From positions 1-32,848 of the forward strand of contig CAVPLU010000020.1 in assembly GCA_963706285.1 (NCBI GenBank): a DNA stretch of 32,848 nt, read 5' to 3'. Origin of the DNA: Candidatus Bathyarchaeota archaeon (GTDB lineage: Archaea; Thermoproteota; Bathyarchaeia; 40CM-2-53-6). This document shows positions 25,914 to 32,848 of this stretch, piece after piece (within the stretch, counting starts at the first letter, position 1; each line of letters begins with the position of its first letter). The notes under the pieces were generated by a model. It saw only the letters and a program-made list of their open reading frames with translations, ran no database searches and was not told the origin of the DNA. The translations under genes and the position numbers were made by a program.

Positions 25914-28720
25914 TTGTCTGAAGAGAAGAAGAAAACAGAAGCAGCAACAAGCGAGACGAAGCTTACTAGACGTTCAATGCTCAAGAGGACAGGAGCTGTC
26001 GCGGCGGCGGCGGCAGTCGTAGGCGCGGGCATAGGATACGGTACAAGCGAGCTGCTAAAGCCTACAGTACCCCCAGGCCCCGCAGTAACTACGACCGAGA
26101 CCTCGACTCTAACTGCTACCACCTCTGCTGCCGCGGAAACCCAGGTATACCTTAGCCAGTGGAAGGAGTACGGAACCCTACAAGTGGAAGTGAAGGACGG
26201 AAGGGTAGTAAGAACGTATCCCTTCAGGGGCCTCCACGGTTTCGCTCACAACTTGGGTGAGCGTTATCGTACCTACAGCACGGACAGACTACAATATCCT
26301 ATGAAGAGGGTGGGTTGGGCGCCTGGCGGCAAGAGCAGCATAGCCAACCGTGGAAAGGGTGAGTTCGTTAGAATCACGTGGCAGGAAGCCTACGATTCAA
26401 TCGTGAGTGAACTCAAGAGGATACTGCAGACTTACGGCCCATCAGCATTTATGATGGCTCCTGGAGAGCACTCCAACAGCTGGATGTATCACAATCGGTA
26501 CACTTGGACCCATGAATTTCTCAGCCTTCTCGGCGGCTACACAGCGCTGGGATGTGACGGTCTGAGCTGGGGTTCAGAGAGAGGCGCCGGCGCCTCTATC
26601 TGCGGTGCCATCACGTCCTCCCTTGGCTCTGAGACGATCAGCACGATCTTGGATCAACTCAAAGAACGGTGGCATGATTGTGTCGTTCGACAGGGATCCA
26701 CTTGTTACTAGTCACAACTACGGGACTTACGACGACTTGGGCGTTCAGATACCTAACGCAGGGATCCAGAGAGTGTTTGTATGCGGTGGTATGGACGAGA
26801 CATGCAAGAACTTCAAGGATACGTGGATACCATGTCATCCATACGGGACCACAGCGCTGTTTCAAGCCATCGCCTACGTTTGGATCACTGAGGGCACATA
26901 CGACAAAGACGGCATTAACACACACGCCATCGGGTTTGATGAGGAGCACCTCCCCGCTTGTGCTCCGAAGGGGAGTTCCTACAAGGAATACGTCCTCGGC
27001 AATAGCGACGGTGTACCGAAGACGCCCGAATGGGCGGAACCCATACTGCGGAGTGAAGCCGCGAATCATCAGAGCTTTGGCGAGGAAGTGGGCGAAAGGA
27101 CCAACGTCGAGTTGGAGGGTTTTGGAGAGGGGCCCAGATCACGGGTGGTCAGTATCTTCGGGCGGCGATGACTCTGCAGCAAATGCAAGGCCACGGTAGG
27201 CGAGGAATGATTGGCGGTATAGGCGGCAGCCAGGAATCTGACTGAGACATGGAGGGACAACATCAAGGGATACCCAGCTGTGGTGCCCAGTGGTGAGCAC
27301 CGCATGTCAGTTCTAAGCCACGACACACAAGCCATAGCGACTAGGCTTGGCCTTGGTACGAAGAGCTACTTCTTTTACCATGTGATCCCGGTTGAACTGG
27401 CTGAGTTGGGATGGAACGCTCTTGCTGAGGCGCGTTATCCGGACCCGGTGACTCAGGTGATACGTGACGTGCTCTGGGATGTCTCCATGAACAACGCCAG
27501 CCCTGACAAGCCTATCTACCATCGCTACACCATCGGAAAGGACAGCGTGCTCTACCGGTATCCGATGCCCGGACACTCAGAGGTTCATGCGTACATTACA
27601 GCCGGAGGAAACTACCAGGCCAGGTGTCCTAATAGCAATGGGGTGATCAGAGCGCTGTTGAGTCCGAAGCTTGAGTTCTTGCTGTTCCTGGATCCATGGA
27701 TGGAGCCGGACTGCAAGTTCGGCGACATTCTGCTTCCAACCACGACGAACCTCGAGCACGACGACATCTCGTATTGGAGGGAGTTCGATAGCTATTCTCA
27801 GAAATGCATACCGGACCTTTACGAGTCCAAGAGTGACAGGGATATCTGGACTGATCTCGCCAATATGATGGGAATCAACGAGAAGTTCAGCCAAGGCATG
27901 AATAGCGTGGATGAATGGCTCAAGCTCTGCTACAGTGTCACTTCGCTATCTAAGTACGAAGGCACTTGGGAGCAGTTCAAGAGAGAAGGTGTACCACGAG
28001 TGGCCAACACCCGATACATGGCATCCTACACCGCCTTCGGCTTGGAATTCAGCTTCAAAGAGATTCTACGACAACCCCCAGGCAAACAAGAAGAATACCC
28101 CATCGGGGCTGATCGAGATATACTCTGAATCCACCGCGAAAGTCGTCGCTTTGGGCCAACATGGGTATTACATACATGACGATCCCACAATGTCTGATCC
28201 CACGACGAAGAAGTATGAGAGCCCCAACGCAGGACCAGATCCACTCTGTCCACCCATACCGGCATACGTACCCAACCCAGAAGGGAAAGGAACCCCGATA
28301 GGTGACAAGTACCCTATCGCCGTGATGACATGCCACCCCAAGTACTTCTACCACACCTCGTACCAGAACGTGAAATGGCTTCAGGATGAGGAGAGGAAAG
28401 AAATCGGCGGGTATAGCTACTGCCCGATATGGATGAGCAAGAAGGACGCCGATGCCAGAGGCATCAAGTACGGGGACCTCGTCAGGGTCTTCAACGATAG
28501 AGGACAGATCCTCTGCTGGGCTGAGGTCAGCGAAATGATCATGCCCGGCGTGGCCCGCGCGCACTACGGCCAATGGAACGACTATGTGGAGCCTGGCAAG
28601 CCAGGGTCGCTGGACAAGTCTGGAAACATCGAGAACCTCTGCAAGGGCGGGTTCATCTCACCCTACGACACTCAAACTGATGTGCAGGCCGTGGCGCAGG
28701 TGGAGAAGTGGAAGGGATAA
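25914..28720 (+). CDS. Tat-exported Mo/W-bis-PGD oxidoreductase catalytic subunit (DMSO reductase type III/pyrogallol transhydroxylase-like), split by at least four to five frameshifts
   Basis: TRRSMLK Tat motif; RLQYPMKR..RGKGEFVRITW.EA; LSWG Ser ligand region; PKTPEWAE.ICGV; FGDILLP.TT.LE; TPSGLIEIYS; HPKYFYHT; DADARGIKYGDLVRVFNDRG. Shifts near 26662, 27046, 27110-27185 and 27982. Confidence 0.9.
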
Positions 28721-28723
28721 GAC

Positions 28724-29546
28724 TTGGCACAGTACATGGCTGTTGTGGATTCTACCAGATGCATTGACTGCAGATCCTGCGTGATACAGTGCAAGGATGA
28801 ATTCGCCATCAATGATTATCCTCCGTACTCCGCTGGTATGCCATTTGACGGACAGAAATGGATACACGTCGAAACCCTTGAGAGAGGAACCTACCCGAAG
28901 GTGCGTTTCGAGAGCATGCCGGTTCTCTGTATGATGTGCGATAACGCGCCGTGTATGGCAGCGGCAAAGGACGGCGCGATCTACAAGCGCCCCGATGGCA
29001 TAGTCATCATCGACCCAATCAAGAGCAAAGGCCAGAAACAGATCGTTGCCGCATGCCCATATGGCGTCATATATTGGAACGATGAGAAACAGATACCTCA
29101 GAAATGCACATTCTGCATCCACAGACTCCTGAACGGCGAAGTGCCAAGATGCATGATGGCATGCCCCACCGGAGCGATCAAGATCGGCGATTATCCACAG
29201 ATTGAGGCCGCGATTGACACTATTTCTAGGGGCTTCCCTCAAGCGTTGCACCCTGAGTACGGCACGGCACCAAGGGTCAAGTACATCGGTCTGCCTGCGA
29301 CTTTCATCGCAGGCGCATTAGTGGACAGCAAAGGCGAGTGCCTGGAAGGCGCAGACGTCGTAGCCAAAGACACCGCTGCCGGCGGGGCTTACCGTGAGCA
29401 CAAAGTCCGACGCTTTCGGAGACTTCTGGCTGGACGGGCTCGAGGCAAAGAAGACCTACCAAGTCACTTTCAGCAAAGAAGGCAGGACCAAGACGCAGAC
29501 GGTGTCACTCACCACGAACACAGACCTCGGAGACATACAACTCTAA
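28724..29546 (+). CDS. 4Fe-4S electron-transfer subunit (DmsB/transhydroxylase beta-like) with C-terminal beta-sandwich domain; one frameshift near 29390
   Basis: CIDCRSC...CK, CMMCDNAPC, ACPYG, KCTFC..C...CPT; shifted frame continues TVSTKSDAFGDFWLDGL...TDLGDIQL-stop at 29546, followed by a terminator. Confidence 0.9.
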
Positions 29547-29550
29547 GAAC

Positions 29551-29595
29551 AGAGAAAGAAGCATACGCAAACGCTTCTTTCTCTCCTTTTTCTCA
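29551..29595 (+). terminator. hairpin + oligo-T terminator
   Basis: 12-bp stem AGAGAAAGAAGC / GCTTCTTTCTCT, 10-nt loop, then CCTTTTTTCTC. Confidence 0.8.
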
Positions 29596-29957
29596 TATCG
29601 TTTCCAGTGAAGTTGCTGGAAAAGACGAATAAGGACTTCTCTTGCGTTCAGTCGATCGCACTGGGAGCGCGATTGATTGCCAGCGGAAGACATGGATGGT
29701 TTTCGCGTGATTGCCGTGGTATTCACCACGATGCAAGATCGATCGAGCTGACTGCAAGACGCCCTAGCCCAAGCTTCGTCGATGGCAATCCCACGTACCC
29801 TGTCGAATACGACAACGCTCTTCAAACGATTGTCAGCCAAGAATTCTGCGACTGTCTCTGGCGCGTCAGCCATGTCGTCTTGGTTGCATTGAAGGAACTA
29901 GAATGTTTTCCGCTTGGAGGTTCGCGTGGATTCGGTCTGCGTCGCTCTAGGTTGACA

Positions 29958-30788
29958 ATGATGGAGCTGTCCACTTCGGTTTACATTCGTGATTCCGACT
30001 CAGCGGGGCGCTGGTCTCAGGAGATAGTTAATATCTTGCTTCTGCACGCTGGCGCCGTGCGGGGTTGGAAGTTCACGCAATCCGAGATTGTTCAGGAACT
30101 GATCTCTGCAAACGACAACAGGAGAGTAGTCTACGGGTTCCTTGCAAGAACATACGCTACAGAGACAACGATAGACTATCTACGAGAATTGTCCGAAAAG
30201 AGGGATCTCTTCCTGGCTTCGGCTCAGGATCCAGAAGTTCGTGGAACTGTATTGGCCGACGGATTCAAGCAGATTGCTGACTATGCCTCAAGCCTGAAGG
30301 GAACGGACCTCGAGACTGTTCGGGTGCAGCTTGCGGTTGAGTACGCAGGGTTGTTTTGTGGCGTGTGGCGCGTGCCGGCCCATCCGTCCGAGTCCTCGTA
30401 CTTCACCGGAGGACAGCTAGTAATGCAGCAACCTAGGGATGAAGTACTCAAGATATACAGGAGTATGGGCTTGGACAAAGTCGACCAGTTCCGAGAGCCC
30501 GAAGATCATATTGCGTTGGAACTGCAGTTCATGACGCACCTTTGTGAGAAGACAAGCGTAGCTCTAAAGGATGGAAATCTTTCCGACGCCAAGAAATACC
30601 TTGAGGTTCAAATGGACTTCTTGAATGAGCATCTGGGCAAATGGGTTCCCAAGCTAGCTGCCGACATACTCAAGTCAGCAAGACGAGAATTCTACAAAGC
30701 CGTCGCGAAGATCACAGACGGATACGTGGAATTAGATAAGAAAGTAGTTGCCGAACTCATAGAAACCTTAGCTCTGACTCCACGCTGA
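29958..30788 (+). CDS. TorD/DmsD-family redox enzyme maturation chaperone (start uncertain; homology begins near 30070)
   Basis: EYAGLF...AHPSESSY, EPEDHIALELQFM, FLNEHLGKWVP, FYKAVA. Confidence 0.9.
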   Translation: MMELSTSVYIRDSDSAGRWSQEIVNILLLHAGAVRGWKFTQSEIVQELISANDNRRVVYGFLARTYATETTIDYLRELSEKRDLFLASAQDPEVRGTVLADGFKQIADYASSLKGTDLETVRVQLAVEYAGLFCGVWRVPAHPSESSYFTGGQLVMQQPRDEVLKIYRSMGLDKVDQFREPEDHIALELQFMTHLCEKTSVALKDGNLSDAKKYLEVQMDFLNEHLGKWVPKLAADILKSARREFYKAVAKITDGYVELDKKVVAELIETLALTPR

Positions 30789-30958
30789 CTCTCCGCATCC
30801 GACCAATCTGTATCTTGAAGCGCTCAAGACTAATGAATGAAATGACCGAAGTCAGGGCCACTCGTGATCCGTCTTGTCGCGACATTTCCCAAGTGCGCCT
30901 ACTCTGGGCGAAGTCTACGGAAGAAGTAGCTCGGGGTTAAGAGGGATGCGGGCTTCAT

Positions 30959-32605
30959 CTAGTCTTCCGACGTGATTACGTAGGAGTATGATAGAAGCGG
31001 GTCTCGATATATCTCATTAAGTTCCTTCAATTTTTGCCACTTCATCTCCTGATCCGGAATCTCGAGTGTATCTTGGACTTCCTTAGTAATCCTTCTCTCG
31101 AGCTGAAGTCTTATCCTTTCAATACCTGCTCGTTTTGGATCACATATCCCGTACTTCTCGTTCAGATCTATGAGTCTTGATGTACTTTGAAAGATGGATT
31201 CGACAAGATCGCTCTTGGTCATGTACTTGGTTTCATAGTTCATCCAGTCAACCCAGATTGGGCCGGACAGCTTCCTATACATTTCAGTGAAGTTCGTGGC
31301 CAGCATCTTGTAGCCATATTTCTGCGGCTGTTCGTATGCGATTGACCCTGGGTCCAACAGCAGCATCGGAGCGAAGTCGACAGACGTAGAGAACCCGGGG
31401 TCTTGTTTCGGGCTAGGATCTTCTCCCAAAGGGCCCATGTTTCCTTTAGCGAATCCGGAGATTCCAGTCCCAAGCCAATCATGAAATGGAAGTCAATCGG
31501 CAATGATTTTGCCTCGCACTTAGACAATGTGTGAAAAACGGATTCGTTTGTGTACCTTCGACCTTGGAGATACCTTACCGACTCCGACCCTGATTCCGGA
31601 GACATCTTCAACAATATCCTATCGGCCGGTTTATTGGAAGTCAAGCAGTGCATGAATTCGTCGTCAAGGGGATCAAATAGCTCCATGCACACGCTTTCGA
31701 TCTTGGACCACTTCTCTCTGTGCAGCCTCCTCAACAAGTCTTCATAGTAGGTTTTGCTTCCCATGCGGCAGTCCTGAAATAGGAATATGAAGTTGATACC
31801 TTGATCGTCAAGCTCCTTGAAGTCCTCGACGATTCGTTGAGGGCTTCTGAAGGCAGGTTTTTCCCTGCCGAATATGTTTCGGTACGCGTATTCGGACCCC
31901 CCGCATGTGACGCAGTCTAGAGTGCATCCTCTGCAAACAGGGAGATTCCAGAACTTCAACCCCTTTGCTGCCAGTGGTGCATTCAGCAGCACGTACCTCG
32001 GCTCAATCAACCTCAGATTCGTGAAATGATACTCGTCGATACTCAGTTTGGGTCTGGCCTTCAGGTTAACCTTAACACTACCATCGGGTTCACGATAGCT
32101 TAGGTTCGGAACATCCTCCAAGCTCGCGCCTTTCGCGACCTTTTCGGCCAAAATGATGCACGGCCTCCTCAGCCTCACCCCGAATCACACCATTCACAAA
32201 TTCAAAAGATGACATGATCTCTTGGGCAAAATATGAGGCCGTCAATCCGCCTAGGAGAACAAATGAGTTGGGATGCTGTTCCTTGCAGATTCTGGCCGTA
32301 TCTATTGCTCCACACGAGTGTACGTCCCAGTGAAGATCTATCGCGAAGATCTTGGAATCGAGGCTTCTAATCGTTTCATCCAGTTTAGACGTCGGCGACT
32401 GCAATATTTGCTCGCCCAAGTTCACGATCTTCGTCTTGAAACCTTTAGTGAGGAGATGTTCAGCCATACTCAAGACCCCCACCGGAATCATTATGAAAAG
32501 CGGGGACATCGCGCCGACCGTCCTCGCAATCGGACCAGGAAACCACGGCCTTTTCCTATGATCTACGACCGATGGTGGATGCAGAAAGACGACATCGTAG
32601 GACAT
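30959..32605 (-). CDS. B12-binding domain/radical SAM protein (Ta0216-like family); one gene split by two frameshifts near 32160 and 31400
   Basis: DVVFLHPPSV..FPGPI, IDLHW..H, GGLTASYF, RGEAE; RGCTLDCVTCGGS; SPESGSE.VR; FMIGL; LLDPGS.AYE.PQKYGY. Confidence 0.88.
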
Positions 32606-32848
32606 AGATGATACCTTCCACCATCCGCTTTTCCGCGTCAGGCTTATTATCCGTCCCAGCGCGAGGCACTAGGGCACTTGTTCGACAGCACTCGATCCTA
32701 CTCCAAGTCATATTTCCCTTGCCATTAGTTCTCAGGTCTCTTGTAAAGCTTGAAGCGGTGGATTGCATGTCTTCATGATCTGAAATTCAGTTTCGTCTAC
32801 CCCAGATGAGAACTGAGCTACCTATGCGCCGCTGACACGCCCGTTCTT

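Noticed and set aside
25914-28720. Programmed frameshifting or several separate genes in the Mo enzyme
   Set aside because: Fragments are colinear parts of one protein, with too many shifts and no consistent slippery site.
29607-29957. N-terminal extension of the TorD ORF, and the 28724 ORF running to 29632
   Set aside because: Non-protein-like sequence; the beta subunit ends at 29546 after a frameshift, followed by a terminator.
32556-32768. ORF with weak resemblance to an IS5 transposase N-terminus (RMVEGIIYVLR)
   Set aside because: The matching residues come from the RBS and an alternative frame of the radical SAM start; no DDE domain or terminal inverted repeats were seen.

Overview
Archaeal chromosomal window, TACK-like and most consistent with Bathyarchaeia (inferred from BHB-intron tRNAs, TATA-type promoters, Taw1/Trm5, Hjc and archaeal-type PGK). 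The left part is housekeeping: pgk, a two-intron tRNA-Met, rpiA, a YHS-CopA with its Lrp/TRASH regulator, an MFS transporter, a URO-D-like gene and a two-intron tRNA-Thr. The centre (9.4-16.3 kb) is the highlight: an intact, eukaryote-like ubiquitin cassette oriented toward the membrane. It encodes a JAB/MPN domain fused to a TM helix and a large external domain, a ubiquitin with a GG-NGR propeptide, an E2, and an E1 with ubiquitin folds at both ends. There is no RING E3. Two paralogous zinc-ribbon + B-box-like proteins (one membrane-bound, one soluble) bracket the cassette, and a convergent surface protein ending in a cytoplasmic winged helix follows it. The right part holds wyosine genes, a cyclohexanecarboxyl-CoA-dehydrogenase-like gene, a hidden frameshifted AMMECR1, two B12-radical SAM paralogs (one internally deleted) and a Tat-exported transhydroxylase/DMSO-reductase-like Mo enzyme cluster. 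Many genes beyond about 18.6 kb carry single-base indels, from sequencing error or decay.
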